From Squalus acanthias (taxonomy: Eukaryota): a stretch of DNA of 64,000 bases. The notes below the pieces were generated by a model. It was not told the origin of the DNA and did no database searches. It saw only the letters and a list, made by a program, of their open reading frames with translations. Below are positions 13,090 to 26,937 of this stretch, piece by piece (position 1 is the first letter of the stretch; each line of letters begins with the position of its first letter). The DNA is taken from NCBI GenBank assembly GCA_030390025.1, contig CM059431.1, positions 108,006,001 to 108,070,000 of the forward strand, in the 5' to 3' direction. The translations under genes and the position numbers were made by a program.

Positions 13090-14243
13090 ATGGGGGCTGT
13101 ACTTGCAGTCAACCTCGCCCTCCAGGATCTATGGCGGAGGGAGCGAAGGCTGCAAGAAAGATGGGAACATGTGTGCAGAGGGAGGAGGAGGGCCATCAGG
13201 GCTTGCAACAGGAGGTCTTATCCTCAGAGGGTCTTCTGACAGCACTTCTCCTACCTTCAATTAAACGAGGAGTAGTGTATTAGGAGGTTTCACTTCACCA
13301 AGGAGGTGGTCACAGAACTCTGCCACCTTCTGCAACCAGACCTCCAGCCTCAGACCAGGGTGACCACGGCTCTCCCAGTGGCAGTCAAGTTCACCGTCAC
13401 CCTCAATTTCTTCGCCAATGGATCCTTCCAGTCTGCAACAGGAGACATAGCTAACATCTCCCAGTTCGCTGTCCATCGCTGCATCCGGGAGGTCACTGAG
13501 GCGCTCGACAGTAGGAGAAGGGACTACATTGGCTTCCCGATCACCAGAGAGAATCAGGACGAGTGTGCATGTGGCTTTGCCAGATAGCGGGATTCCCCAT
13601 GGTGCAGGGCATCATTAACTGCATCCATGTGGCTTTGCGGGAACTGAATAACAATCCTGAGATCTTCCGTAATCGCAAAGGCTAACATTCACTTAATGTG
13701 CAGTTGGTGTGTGACTACACACAGCGAATTCTCAATGTTAATGTTATCCTGGCAGCAGCCACAATGCCTTCATCCTGTGCCAAACCAGTGTGCCAGCACT
13801 CTTCCAGCCACCACGTCAAGGTCGAGGGTGGCTGCTCGGAGACAAGGGCTATCTGCTCTCCACCTGGCTCAGGACTCCCCTCCGCAATCTCAACACTTAT
13901 GCCCAGCATTCATATAATGAGAGCAATGCTGCCACCATGAACATCATCAAGCAGACCATTGGCCTACTGAAGCAATGGTTCCGTTGTCTCAACCACTCGG
14001 GAGGAGCCCTCCAGTACTCTCCAGAGCAGGTGTCCCATTTTGTGGTGGTCTGCTGTATGCTCCACAACTTGGCCATCACGAGGGCTCAGCCCTTGCCACC
14101 ATGGATTGTGGGACCACCTCAGGATGAGGAGGTGGAGGACGAGTAGGGAGAGGAACAGGAGGGAGGGAGGAGGCAGCCAGACAATCGGGCTTCCGGACGG
14201 GTGGTCCATGACTGGCTCATCAGACTCCGATTCGAATGAATGA
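13090..14243 (+). pseudogene. Harbinger (HARBI1-like) DDE transposase, disrupted
   Basis: LNFFANGSFQ..GD...ISQ, GFPMVQG, HSLNVQLVCD, WLLGDKGY, IGLLKQWFRCL, CCMLHN motifs; several stops and frameshifts. Confidence 0.92.
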
Positions 14244-14402
14244 AACCCCAGATCCCTGTTGCTCACCACATCCCCATCATACCATCCCTGTCGCAGGCCA
14301 TATTACAGTGCAAAGCTGAAATGAGAGACACCACAAAAGATTCCAAACACAATTCATAAATTCATCTATACACATATCGCACATATTCATAAACACTATT
14401 AA

Positions 14403-16262
14403 CTAATCACCCTTGTGCAATCCCTTAGTGCCTTTTCCTACTCTAGTGCTCCTACGCAGTGCACCCCTAGTGGCTACAGCACGGCTGGTGGAATGCTTCT
14501 GAGTTTGCATGCGGGAGCCTTCAGATGGCCTTGCACGATGACCTCGACCAGCTCTGGATCTAGAAGGCCTGGCTGTAGAACGCACCACCTCGGCATGTGC
14601 GGCAGCAGTCTGGGCTGGCTGGCTGTCAGGCAGCGACAAGGGCAATGGCAGAGGGCCAGTGGTGAGAGCAGGAATGCTCTCAGCCTGAGAGAGAACTGCA
14701 GGTTCCTGCTCCACTGACCCACTGCCACCCCCCAGGGCAGCACCTCAGCATCCCTAGCAATCTGTTGAAGCACAGATTGCTGGCCTGCTGCGACACCGTG
14801 AAAGCCCTGGTCGACGGTGGTAGACCCAGCCATGATGGCAGCAGTCAGCGCTTGCGTGGCATCACGCTGAGACTGCATGAGAGCAGTTTGAGCTTCCGCT
14901 ACAGCACTAAGACGTGGGTCGCTTCTGTCTGTGCTGCAGTGGAAGCTGCAACGTCACTCATCATGCATGCCATGACATCTGGGTCGCCACGGTCTCTCTG
15001 GGAGTCTACCATCATTTGTAGACTGGAAATGATGGGCTCCTTGCTCTGCGCAGAGCCTTGTGCCATGTTGGAGGCAGACTCCTCCTCGCTCCTTGCCATT
15101 GCCGAGAAGCTCTCGGGCACCCTTACCATTGCACCTATCATCTCCATGTGCATGCCTATCACCCTTCTTCTAAAGGCCTGCCCATCGAGGTCCTCATCTC
15201 AGTCCGGTGCAGCAGAACTCACGTGCGAACTCACCCTCCGGGGAGCTGGCCCCCAAGCTACCCTTTCCTGCTGATCTTGCTGCAGCCCGCTCTTACACAG
15301 TGCCTCACCCTGTGCAGATCCCGCTACTATACTAGCCTCTAAAGAACGGGTAGTGCCAGTATCTGAGCTGGTGTCTGCGGGTGAGACATGCAGTGATGCG
15401 GTGTGTTCTTCGTTCTCCTCTTCTCCCGCCTCGCTCTCTACGGTGCCCTCAGGGACAGGCTGCTCAGGTGCTTGCTGATTATCTGAAAGCATAAAGGCAC
15501 AAGAGTTGGGTTAAGGTGAGGGGAGGGGGGGCAGGAAGGGAGAAATGCATGCATATAGTATGATTAGCTTGAAAGTGGGAAAAGATTGTGGGCTGAGGGG
15601 GAAGTGGGATGTGAGAAGGAGTAGTAGGAATGAACATACCATTGTTGTCCCCAAGGGGGTCAACGTCGCCGGTGGCCACGGTGCCCACGACCTGGTGCCC
15701 AATGATCTCCAGCACTCGGCCCTCCAGCTGGCTCAGCTGTTCAATATGGGCTTGGCCCCCGCCTGTCCGCTCCTGCTTCCTCTGGTTGTGAGCCACCTTG
15801 GCCTGCAAGAGAAAGGAAAGTGTGTGATGCAATGTGTTTGGGCGATGTGCCTGCCATAGTTGAATAGCTGTCATTGTGTGCAAGATGTGAGATGTGGGTG
15901 TGAGTGTTGCTAGGTAGAGATTGTTGGTGGGTGAGTGCTGGGGGTGTGGTGCACTGAGCAGTGTGTGAAGACTGTGGTGCAGATGGTGGTTTGTAGCATT
16001 TGTTGAAGCCTTCACTCACCCTGACCACCCGTGTGAGGTCGTTAAACTTCCTCCTGCACTGGGTGTGGGTCCTGGGGACCACAGTGCTGCCCGTCACTTG
16101 TTGTGCCACCTCCCGCCACATAGTACGGGACACTTGTGGCGAGGGCCTCATGCTGGTTGGCGGGTACAGGACCGCCTGCCTTCTCTCGACCGCGAAAACC
16201 AAAGCCTCTATAGCTTCATCGGAGAACCTCCGGGCTCTCTCCCTGGGGCAACGATCTGTCAT
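14403..16262 (-). pseudogene. Myb/SANT-like DNA-binding gene of the Harbinger element; exons 16262-16020, 15802-15640, 15482-~14403
   Basis: RARRFSDEAIEALV...WREVAQQV...RTHTQCRRKFNDL; GTgagt, cAG, GTatgt, cAG splice sites keep frame (AKVAHNQRKQERTGGG, then DNQQAPEQ); exon 3 has stops and frameshifts. Confidence 0.85.
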
Positions 16263-17186
16263 TAGGATTTGTTAGTAACTGATCCTTCTGCTTCTTCTTC
16301 CTGTTAGGATTGTTGGGGCAGCTGCACACTCAACAATGATGAGAATGAGGTGCTGCAGCATCAATAAACCTCCCCTTTAAGTAGTGAAAAATGCCTGTGG
16401 CAATCATGAGTTGCAATTAGATTGCCCCCGATATTGGTCCAGTTTTTCAGTGTAACGCCAATGAGCTTGGGTTTTTAGACTAGAATCATGACTGCAATCA
16501 TTTTAATGAGGAGTGAGCACGAATTTTCAGGTGCCGCTACTGAACCATTTTTAGTCTAAACACTCCCCATTTCTTGGCTATAACGAATTTCTAGCCCATT
16601 AGATGAGACATTTAACCGAGGCCCAATCTGTTTGTTTAGATGGATGTAAAAGATTCAGCCGCACTATTAAATGAAGAGCAGATGTTTCCCGGTGTCCTGG
16701 CCAACACTTGCCTCTCAATCAAAACCTCCAAAAACAGGTTAACTGGTCACTTATCTCATTGCTGGATGCAAATTTCTGCGATGTTTGACTACAAAACCAC
16801 AGTGACTACACTTCAAAAGCAATTCACTGGCTGTGAAGTTCTTTGGGACATCCTGAGGACAGGAAAGGCATTTCATAAATTCAAGTGCTTTCTTTCTTAC
16901 ACTGTCAAGGCAGAACACACACCAGTGAGGGTTACATATTAAAAGAATCCATCATATCACTGCTGATATGATCTACGCAAGAGATATTACTCCATTTTTT
17001 AAAAACCATTTCCAACTACGTGCCCTAGAAGGAAATTCTGATTTAATTTATATTATGTTACTGATGTAACGTCAAGTTCAGTTGACTCCCAAATATACAC
17101 AAGCTTTCTAGGATTTTGATTACGAACATACGACCAATGATGGACAGAAAATAATCCTTTGGTCCATCCAGCCTGTTCCACACAAT

Positions 17187-18970
17187 GGGCTGGATTTTTC
17201 CAACCTTGGCAGGTCCGGGGCGGGCGACATTCGTGGTGGGTGGGGATTTGGCATCTGTCTTGATCCCGGCCTCCCACAAGATTTTACGATGATGGGGCTT
17301 GTTAAGCCTGCCCTGCGAGGTTCCCGGCCAATTAATAGGAAGCAGATCTGATGACGTCATTTGATGACGTGTCATCAGCCGGTTTCCTTAAAGTGGCCAT
17401 GACCAAATTGATTTTGACAGTTGTGCTGTCAGTCTTCTGCAGCATTGAGGTGCTGCAAACACTGACAAGCACTGCACAAAGGTGCACGGCTGCACCCAGG
17501 CTCTCCCATGACTCCCTCCATATGCTTATGGAGGGAGTCACAGCACGCAGGGAGGTCCTCTTCCCTTCCAATGGGCGGAAGAGAACTCCCCAGGATACCA
17601 ACGCGGCCTGGTTGCACATTGTACAGGAGGACACAAGCAGGGATGTCATCAGGAGGACCAGGCTGCAGTGGTGCAAACCTTTCAATGATCTCAGTAGATT
17701 ACGAAATGTTACTGCAAAGCCACACTCAACCTCATCCTCCTGTGCCACTCATCACATCCCCATCACTCTGCCTTCCCTATCCTACTCCTGCACATCCTTA
17801 CTCACACCAATTACCTTGTACCTCCACCCACCCCTCTCTATCTACATTATCACTTCCCCATCTCACTAGCCACCCCTCATCCTAGTCCAACCTAACCAAG
17901 TAACAACACACAAGGGTAGGCACTTGGGTGTTTTAGCCAATGTTCGTGTAAACTTTCTGTTAATGTGTTGTCAAGCATTGAAATCCTTATTGTCACCACT
18001 TTGCATTCTTGGACAGATTTGTGTGCACCTTTGAAAGTGTCTTAGTGAGTTCCAGTGAATGGTGAGACATATCGTCCCCAACCCCCCGCCCACAATGGTG
18101 ATGAGTGTGAAAGGAATAGCTTGGATATTGTAGGGATGCTTTATGGTGTTGGTGTGGGATGGTGCCAACCTGGTGCATCATGTAGCAGCCAGGGTGTACA
18201 GTGAAAAGTGAAGCAAATCTGGTCATGGTGAGGCCATCGCTGGCGTCCCGGGCAGTAATGTGCACGGGTGATGATGCCCTGTGTCCAGAGCAGCATCAGT
18301 TGATTGGGGAGAAGGTTGGTGTGGATGTTGGTGTTGCTGATGTGCCCGGTGATGCTGGGGTTGGGGCTGATCATGTTGGGATTCAGAGGACCAAGGTGAG
18401 ATTTTTTCAAGGGCACCGATGCTGATGGAACAGATGGCAGGTGAGGTTGAGATGACAGAAGTAATCTGTCAATGTTGAGATAGGTTGTTCCAAGGAGGTG
18501 ACAGTGGATAGAGAGATTACTCCAAACACTTCAAAAGTGCATAAAGCTCAAAAGTGGGTTCTAAATACTGAAGGTTGAAGTTTCTGAGATTGGAAACTGA
18601 CCAACTGTAAAATGGCAGGTTTTAAACCACTTTTGCAGCTGTCACCTATTGAAAGAAATGGAGAGTTGTTCAGAACCCGACCTACTTACCTGGCCTGATC
18701 CCCGAGTGACGGGAACCTCGTGGAAAACTTGGGAAAATGTTTTGTACCTGGTAAAATGGTGATTAAATTGGTTTAAACACCCTCTTAACTAGCGCAATTG
18801 AATGACCCGCCACTTAGTGCCGTGTCTGCAAAGCGCAGGCAGAGCCGGCGTTAGGGAAACTCACAAGGAGGCGGGATTAGAGCGGGATACCGCCCCGCCA
18901 TCAATCTTTTGGATTTTGACAGCGGACCCGCCTCCGAACCCGCCCTCTGAGCGCCGACAAAATTCAGTCC
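17187..18970. mobile_element. Internally deleted Harbinger element (Myb/SANT remnant on +, transposase remnant on -)
   Basis: TIR gggctggatttt / aaaattcagtcc; AAT duplicated; APRLSHDSLHMLMEGVTARREVLF...AAW...QWCKPFNDL at 17480-17700. Confidence 0.8.
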
Positions 18971-19689
18971 AATTTGTGCATCACAGTATATACTCTCTAC
19001 CCCACCCGAAACCATGTGATCTGCTGGGCGAGACAAAAAATTTTTTTTTTAAAGGCCAATTTGGCGGGGGGGTGGGGGGGCGAAATCTGGGAAATTTCTT
19101 TCCGACCCCCCCGAGGTGGTCGAAACTAGTCTGGGAGATTAGGACAGTTATCACGCGAATCAGACCTTTAAACGGTTTAAAGTTAAAAGGAGAGATTGAA
19201 AATCGGCAACGCAAACATGAAATGCTGAAAATACACAGCAAGTCTCTCAGCATCTGTGGAGAGAACAGATACGTTCTTCAGAACTGTTAACACTGTTTAC
19301 TTCAGCACACAGGAGCAGTGGATCGGCCGCCTGTTATACCTCCCGCCCAACTGGAAAGGACACTTGGACAGGTGGAGGGGGGGGTGGGTTTAGTGTATGA
19401 TGTCTTCTGGCACTGCTGAAAGTGAAAATCAGCCCTCGAGGCTTTGGCAGCAGTTCAAAAATCTGCACAAACGATGTGCAAATATTCCAAGTACATGCTA
19501 TTTCTATTGTTTGCAACAACCCCATTAACCTTGGTATGTTAGAAGTGCTTGCTGATTTTTAAAAATAATCTCAAAAATTGTTATAGACAACCTTGATAGG
19601 TTACCGAACCACAAGGAAATTCTACAGAATTAAATTGTGCAAAATTAAGCCTTAAAAAAAACACACACACACAATATATGGAAGAATGT

Positions 19690-20646
19690 GTTCGATCACA
19701 CTTGTGCACAGTTCTAGTCTCCATATTTAAAAAAAGATATAGAAGCACTGGAGAAGGTGCAAAATAGATTTACAAAGATGATACCACAACTGAGAGGTTA
19801 TACCTATCAAGAAAGATTGAACAGGCTGGGGCTCTTTTCTCTCGCAACATATTGGAACATAGGAACAGGAGGAGGCCATTGAGCTCCTCTTGCCTGTTCT
19901 GCCATTCAATGAGATCATGGCTGATCTGTGACCTAACTCCATATACCCGCCTTTGCCCCATATCCCTTAATACCTTTGGTTAACAAAAATCTATCAATCT
20001 CAGATTTAAAATTAACAATTGATCTAGCGTCAATTGCCGCTTGCGGAAGAGAGTTCCAAACTTCGACCACCCTTCGTGTGTAGAAGTGTTTCCTAACTTC
20101 ACTCCTGAAAGGCCTGGTTTTAATTTTAATCTCAAATAATCTAGAGAAGAGAAGGCTGAGGGGTGACCTGATTCTTTAAAATTATGAAGGGGTTTGATGG
20201 GGTAAACGTAAAGATGTTTCCACTTTTGGGGAGACCAAAACTGGGGATCCATAAATATATCATCACTAATAAATCCAATAGGAATTTCAGGAGAAACTTC
20301 TTTATCCAGAGAGTTGTTAGGAATATGGAACTCGCTACCACAAGCCGTAGTTGTGCCAAATAGCATTGATGCATTTAAGGGGAAGCTAGATAAATACATG
20401 AGGGAGAAAGAAAAGAATAGAAGGTTATGCAGATGGGGTTGGATGAGGAAGGGTGGCAAGAGTCTTGTGTGGAGCATAAAAATAAAGAAAGACTTACATT
20501 TATCTAGCGCCTTTCACAACCTCAGGATGTCCCAAAGCACATTACAGCCAATGATGTACTTTTAAAGTGTAGTCAATGTTGTAATGTAAAAAACACCGGC
20601 ATGGACCAGTTGGGTTGAACAGCCTGTCTCTGTGCTGTGCATTCTA
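19690..20646 (+). mobile_element. CR1 3' fragment containing a nested minus-strand CR1 (19846-20128) and a SINE tail (about 20480-20590)
   Basis: ALEKVQNRFTKMIP...GLFS resumes as LEKRRLRGDL at 20140; UTR resumes after the SINE piece. Confidence 0.75.
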
Positions 20647-21365
20647 ACCACCGCCCCTTAACATTCAATGGCATTACCATCGCCGAATCCCCCACCATCA
20701 ATATCCTGGGGGTCACCATTGACCAGAAACTTAACTGGACCAGCCACATAAATACTGTAGCAACAAGAGCAGGTCAGAGGCTGGGTATTCTGCGGCGAGT
20801 GTCTCACCTCCTGACTCCCCAAAGCCTTTCCACCATCTACAAGGCACAAGTAAGGAGTGTGATGGAATACTCTCCACTTGCCTGGATGAGTGCAGCTCCA
20901 ACACTCAAGAAGCTCGACACCATCCAAGACAAAGTAGCCCGCTTGACTGGCACCCCATCCACCACCTTAAACATTCACTCCCTCCACCACCGGCGCACCG
21001 TGACTGCAGTGTGTACCATCTACAAGAAGCAGTGCAGCAACTCGCCAAGGCTTCTTCGGCAGAACCTCCCAAACCCGTGACCTCTACCACCTAGAAGGAC
21101 ATGGGCAGCAGGCCCATGGGAACACCACCACCTCCAAGTTTCCCTCCAAGTCACACACCATCCTGACTTGGAAGTTTATTGCCGTTCCTTCATCGTCACT
21201 GGGTCAAAATCCTGGAACTCCCTCCCTAACAGCACTGTGGGAGTACCTTCACCACATGGACTGCAGCGGTTCAAGGTGGCGGCTCATCACCACCTTCGCA
21301 AGGGCAACTAGGGATGGGCAATAAATGCCGGCCTTGCCAGCGACGCCCACATCCCATGAACGAAT
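20647..21365 (+). mobile_element. Non-LTR retrotransposon 3' fragment (RT thumb and C-terminus; CR1/L2-related clade, not resolved)
   Basis: ILGVTIDQKLNWTSHI...LGILRR...IYKAQVRSVMEYSPLAW; aataaa-containing tail then A-rich end. Confidence 0.85.
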
Positions 21366-21662
21366 ATATAAAAAAAAATTGATGCAATCTCTGGCAGGCA
21401 CAGTGTGAAACTGCCTTAAGGGATTTGTCCCAAATTGAAATACTGTTACAGCACAATGAAGCTGAAAATAAGAAGCATTGTCTATCTCTGCTTTTGACTA
21501 CAAAACGCTGGCAGACTCTGTTGAACTGCAGGGTTCCAAAAGTACTGTGAAGGTAAAATATTCCTTCAGAGTGATTGTTGAAAATTCTTTTGTTCAGGTG
21601 ACCTTATTGAGTCACAGTCATTGTCAAATCCCCTTCCCTCATAACCCCCTATGTCGGTGTTC

Positions 21663-22781
21663 ACAGTGTGCAGTTCAATACATATAAATAGGCATTTGAA
21701 CTGTTTGCTTTTTCCGCACGGCTCTCTAAGTATAAGTTACAGCGAAGTATAACTTCAGAATTTGAAAGCTGTTTGTAAATATACCAATTGATTATCCACA
21801 GTGATCCCCATGGATAAAATGGGTGGATTTATAATAATGTAGCTTAAGTTGTAAAATAATTTTTCAAACAGAATTTATCATCATCAATTGTGGTGAGTGA
21901 CTTTCCCGAGATATTAATCCTGATGGTGGGTGGTATTGGTGACGTACAGAGGCAGCATGAAGGACCGTCTGCCAGGTTACTTATGGATGTCAGTTTTCCA
22001 CCTGTGCAGCCTATTCACTACCACCCATTTTGACACTTGACAAAGTCGAATCCCCCCCCCCAGTGGCTGTTAGATTCAGACACATATCTCAGGTTTCTGA
22101 CTCGGAGGCCAGAGTGCTGCCACTGAGCCATAGCTGACACCTGACACAGAGGCACACCGAAAACATTAACCTTTCCATTTTTTCAAATGTTCATCGGTCT
22201 GCAGTGCCTCTCTGAATTTCTTGTTCTTTTTTTTCCATTTTAGCAAAATCTTGTGTTTCATTCACAAACAGTTCTCTAGTATTATAGTCGCCACTGGTTT
22301 CTGAACCTACTTGATGATATTAAAGGTGTAGCTAAAAATTCTGTGGGTTTTATTTGCTTAGACAAAGGCTCCAATATTTACCCAGGGCATGAGTGCGTCG
22401 TGCGGGTACCGGGGTAGGCGGGAAGGACCCATGACGAAACAGTCATGAGGCCGGACCCATTTTCACTCGTGGACCTTCATCCAGGATGGACTTCCGCCTG
22501 AACCCGACGGGAATGACACAGAAGCCAGTGGGCGGGAGTGGGAATTCACGAGGCAGAAGACCGCCTCCAGGGACCCAAGGAAAATATCCCTGGCAAGTAC
22601 TGAGGGGTGCTGTCCAGAGGCGGTGGCGGCTGGGCGTAGAGGGAGGGAGGCCCGGGATAAGGTAGAGATGAGGTTTCCTTGTGGGGATCTGTAGGACCAT
22701 TCTTGCTCCTCCAGGCACTCGAGGTAAACAGAAAATGAAAAGTTAAACAAGCCTGGGTCTCGTCTGGCTACGATCCCATAG
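21663..22781 (+). repeat. Copy 1 of ~1.1-kb direct duplication
   Basis: Collinear with 29660-30762 from acagtgtgcagttc to gatccc(g)atag. Confidence 0.95.
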
Positions 22782-23589
22782 TCTCTTGGATACGTTAGGG
22801 GTCCCGGGGGCTCAAGCGATGATCAGAATAGTACAGAGTGATGAGAAAAGTTACTCTGAGATTTGGGGCGATATAATATCCCAGGTCCTTGCAAAGAAAA
22901 TCAAATTTAAAGAGGCCGGATGTAAACTGACTTAGGTAACCCACCTCTGTGCCAAGCGTGGAGACTTCAGAGACGAACAGGCGAGAGAGGAGAAGCACAA
23001 AGAGCAGGAGAGACAGTGGGAGATAAAGAGGGCAAAAGATCTAAGTTGCAGGCTAACCAATCTGAAAACTCAGCAAAGGAAGGAAAAAAACAGAGGTCTG
23101 GGGAGCCAGGAAAAGCTGCTGAGACTACAGTTTATGAGGCGAAAAAAAATAAACTTAAAGTTGAAACCGACACTGAGGCTATCAGCTTTTGTGCCGAGAA
23201 AAATAAAACACAAGATTACTGAGTGAAAGGAACCTTGAAAAATGCTGGAATTTCAGTTTGGGTGAAAGTGTGTGTTAAAGCGTATAAGTTTTCCTGACTA
23301 TGAATGTTTAAGAAGTTACAGTATTCCTTTTGTCTGAAAGTCTGTCTTTAAAAGAAAGTGTCTGTTATGTTTGTTTTAGCTCCACCCACTTTTCTGTGCT
23401 TAGAGAGAAAAGCCATTTAACCCATTGTAGTCTTGTCTTGGATGTTGGAAGTTTTAAGAAAGAGTGAATATGTTGAGTACATTCATTTCAATTTAAGATT
23501 GTGCACCTAGAAGTGGGGAAAACTTTGTGATCTACATTTTAAGCTAAAGGCGCTGCTGTGGATATATTTTGACTGGGACGGCTTGTACA

Positions 23590-24675
23590 GCAAACTAAAT
23601 GTGCTGGCCAGGAGTGTTGGGGTTGCAGAGGGGAGTCATGAGCCAGGTGGAGAGCGGATAGCCCTTGTCTCCCAGCAGCCAGCCGCCAGCTTGATGTGGT
23701 GGCTGGAATAGAGCTGGCATACTGGTCTGGCACAGGATGAAGGCATCGTGGCTCTGCCAGTATAGCGGGCATTGACGGTCAGGATTCGCTGTGTGTGGTC
23801 GCACACCAACTGTACATTAAGTGAGTGGTAGCCTTTGCAGTTACAGAAAACCTCAGGATTGGTTTGAGGTGCCCGCAAAGTGACGTGGGTGCAGTCAATG
23901 GCGCCCTGCACCATGAGGAAGCCCGCTATCCTGGAAAAGCCACATGCACAGGACTGCCACTGAGAGAGCCGTGGTGGTCCTGATCTGAGGATAGAGGTCT
24001 GGCTGCAGGAGTTGGCAGAGCTCTGTGACCATGTCCTTGCTGAAGCGGAACCTTCCAACACACTGGTCCTCAGTGAAATTCATGTAGGAGAACTGCTGCC
24101 GGAATAGCCTAGGTGGGTAAGGCCTCCTGTTGAGAGCCCTGTTGGCCTTCCTCCCTCTGGCCACATTTTGTATCTTTCTCTGTGCCTCAGTTGCCTCCGA
24201 CATTGACGCTGGAGGGTGAGGTCGAGTGCCAGTACAGCCCCCGTGAAAGGATCCAAATCTTGCATTTTCAATTCTCCCCTCAATGAAACTGAAGAAATGC
24301 GAAATGCTCAAATTGGTCAAAAGGCCTCTTTGCCGATGTGAAACTAACGACGCAGCATTGTTGGCCGACAAAAACTAAACCGGATGTGGACGCCTTTAAA
24401 TAGCGCTCCTCCAGGGGACATCCGACTGAAAGCCGCCTCCTCTACCTGTCGTTGTTAACGGCAGGCGCACAAGCAGGGGCGAGGGGGAATTTTTCATCCG
24501 GGGCACTGCGCACGGCAATGGCGTCACGATCTCCGGGCACAGGAGATCAGGGCGCAATGTCTTACCGCCGCCGCAAAACATCCGGCGAATCTAGAGGGAG
24601 GCGTTGATATCGCCGCGCCCGGTCGCAAACCCGGAGGCACTAACGGGAGGCGCAAAGGAACCCAATTTCTAGCTC
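23590..24675 (-). mobile_element. Truncated Harbinger (one TIR plus disrupted transposase)
   Basis: GFLMVQGAIDCTHV, KGYHSLNVQLVCD, WLLGDKGYPL; terminus aatttctagctc. Confidence 0.85.
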
Positions 24676-25008
24676 TTGGAGTTTAATCTAAAATGAGAAT
24701 GTTTTATTTAAAGTTAATAATGATAGCTTTACTAATGATTTCTGCTGTTTTAATGGATTTTTTAATTCCTAAGAAAGTTTTGAAGGTACAAAGACTTTGA
24801 AAAAGAACCAAGAACCAATTTATTGTCTTTTCCGATCGGGAAAGTTTTTTTTTAAATTTACGTGAAGTGATGCAATTGCGTGCGTCTGTCAATATTTGCT
24901 CCACCTTTTTATAAACCTGCAAAGGAGTTAATCCTTTCTGCTGACAGGCTTTTTTTTAAGTTCGCCAAGCAACAACTTTAGTATTGCTGAATGAAATTTA
25001 AAGATATT

Positions 25009-25889
25009 GGGGGGAAAATTCAGTATCGCCCCGTTTGGGACGCCATTATTGGCCGTGCGCAAAGTTTAGCGCCTGGCGCTAATTATCGCCTCCGACTGCA
25101 AACTTGACTTTTATCGCCCCTGGAGTTGATTAGAGCGCTAAATCAGGTGCTACACATCTGTCTTAAGGCGCTAACACCGAGGAGCAAGGCGCTACCTCAG
25201 AGCGCTGGCGAACCTAATGTGATGTCAGTCAGCAATGGAACATAGACACACTGGCGCCAGCCAGTTCTTAAAGGGGAGGGTCGAGCTTGCTCTACATCCA
25301 CACCCTGCTCATTGCAGCCTTGAATCTCGGCCTGGAGAAAACTGTACATCAAATCTGTTGGAAAGAACAATGGAGAGGCCCAGGGAAAGAGCTCAGACTG
25401 CAGCCCCCATATTCTCTTCTAAATCAATGCAAGGAAGATCAAACCAGAAATAACCTGCAAAGTGCTGCTCAGTACCCAAAACTCCTCAACACAGCTTTGA
25501 ATATCTCCTGCAGTCTCTCTCTCTCACTCAGAATGCGTGGAGCAAAAATTTCACCGACAAAAATAGGCAGGAAGCGGTCGCCTTTAAATAGCACTCCCCC
25601 AGTCCCTTCCTGACTGCAAAACGCTCCCCTCAACCTGTCGTTGCTAGCTGCAGGCGGTAAGACAGGGGGCGCCACTCAATATCTGGTCCGGGGCATTGCA
25701 CTCTCGACTGACGTCACGATCGGCCAGCGCAGGAGATCGTGGCGGTAGTGTTTAGCGCCGCCGCAAAATGTCTAGTTAATTTCATGAGTGGCGCAAAGAT
25801 CGCCGCGCACGGGCGCTAGTTGTTTTGCACCCCATTAGCGCCCTTTTAAGGCGCTAACGAGAGGCGCAATCCAACTGAATTTTTCCCCC
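25009..25889. mobile_element. Harbinger-type MITE
   Basis: TIR ggggggaaaattcag / ctgaatttttccccc; ATT duplicated. Confidence 0.85.
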
Positions 25890-26894
25890 ATTGGACGTTA
25901 TTAAATTTAAGTTTCTTAATTTTAAGTGAATATTTCCCCACAGTAATAGAAGGAAAATTAGGTTTTGACAAATTAACCCCTTGGGCTCTTAAGCCTGGTT
26001 TCTTTTATTATATGGAAGTTACCTTGGAAACTAATTGCAAGTACTTCTGTCTCTCATGTTAAACCACCATTAGAAACTATCAAGCCTGTTTCTGAAATTG
26101 GAATTGATAAGATAAACTGATAAAAATAAAATTGATATGAGTTGTTGTTTCAAGCGCTCGAGAAGGGAAAATCTAACTGAAGTTCAAGGGGATAGCCAAA
26201 TTTTCATTAAAAGAAACTGGTTGAGAACAGTCGAGGTGGTTTCTGGAAGAACGTTTGTGGGGAAATAAAACTGAACATTGACAAAACCGGTCAGTCCAAC
26301 AATACTGCTGTTGGGATTTGGGATAAGTTTGAAATGATAAAATGGACTCGGGCACAATATAGTGGGTATTAAAGAATTTAAAAAATGTGTAAATAACTTG
26401 GACCAAGTGGGAACGTTTGATCTATGTTTTCTCTTTTTAATATTGTATTGGACAGTAAAGTTCCTCCAGGGCTCATGAGTGAGATATGGATTGTAATTAA
26501 TGGGATGCCTCACTTACAATGCAGATAGAAACAGGAAATGTTACTATATGTTTCATTATACCACCAAATGGGAATAATTTTTCTTAGCTGAATTAGAGTA
26601 AATCACCTGGGTGCAATTCACCAAAAGGTATCAATCTGGTATTAATGTACATTCTTGTGAAAGTCAGGAAAGTGTAGTTAAGAATAGTAAATTGACAGCT
26701 TTCTCTTGGAAAGGTTTGTGTCCTTGCCGATGAACTTTTTAAGAAAACTGTATTTGATAGCCTGACCACTACCCAAGACATCGGGACCATGCAGAGGGAG
26801 ATGAGCAAAGATCTCCAGACAATCTTTTGATGAGATCACGTGAAAGCCCAAGAATGGCTTGTATCGGATGGCACGTGTGGCATATTGGGATACC

Positions 26895-26895
<1 letters not shown>

Positions 26896-26934
<39 letters not shown>
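26896..26934. repeat. (GT)n microsatellite
   Basis: Perfect dinucleotide run. Confidence 0.98.

Positions 26935-26937
<3 letters not shown>

Larger units (their letters stand above)
12583..16597 (+). mobile_element. Full-length, decayed PIF/Harbinger transposon inserted into a DeuSINE
   Basis: TIR gggttggagaaattcg / cgaatttctagccc; ATT duplicated on both sides; SINE halves at 12527-12579 and 16601-16895; two convergent genes inside. Confidence 0.92.

Noticed and set aside
13090..14243. Domesticated host HARBI1 gene
   Set aside because: Multiple stops and frameshifts, flanked by TIRs and TSD
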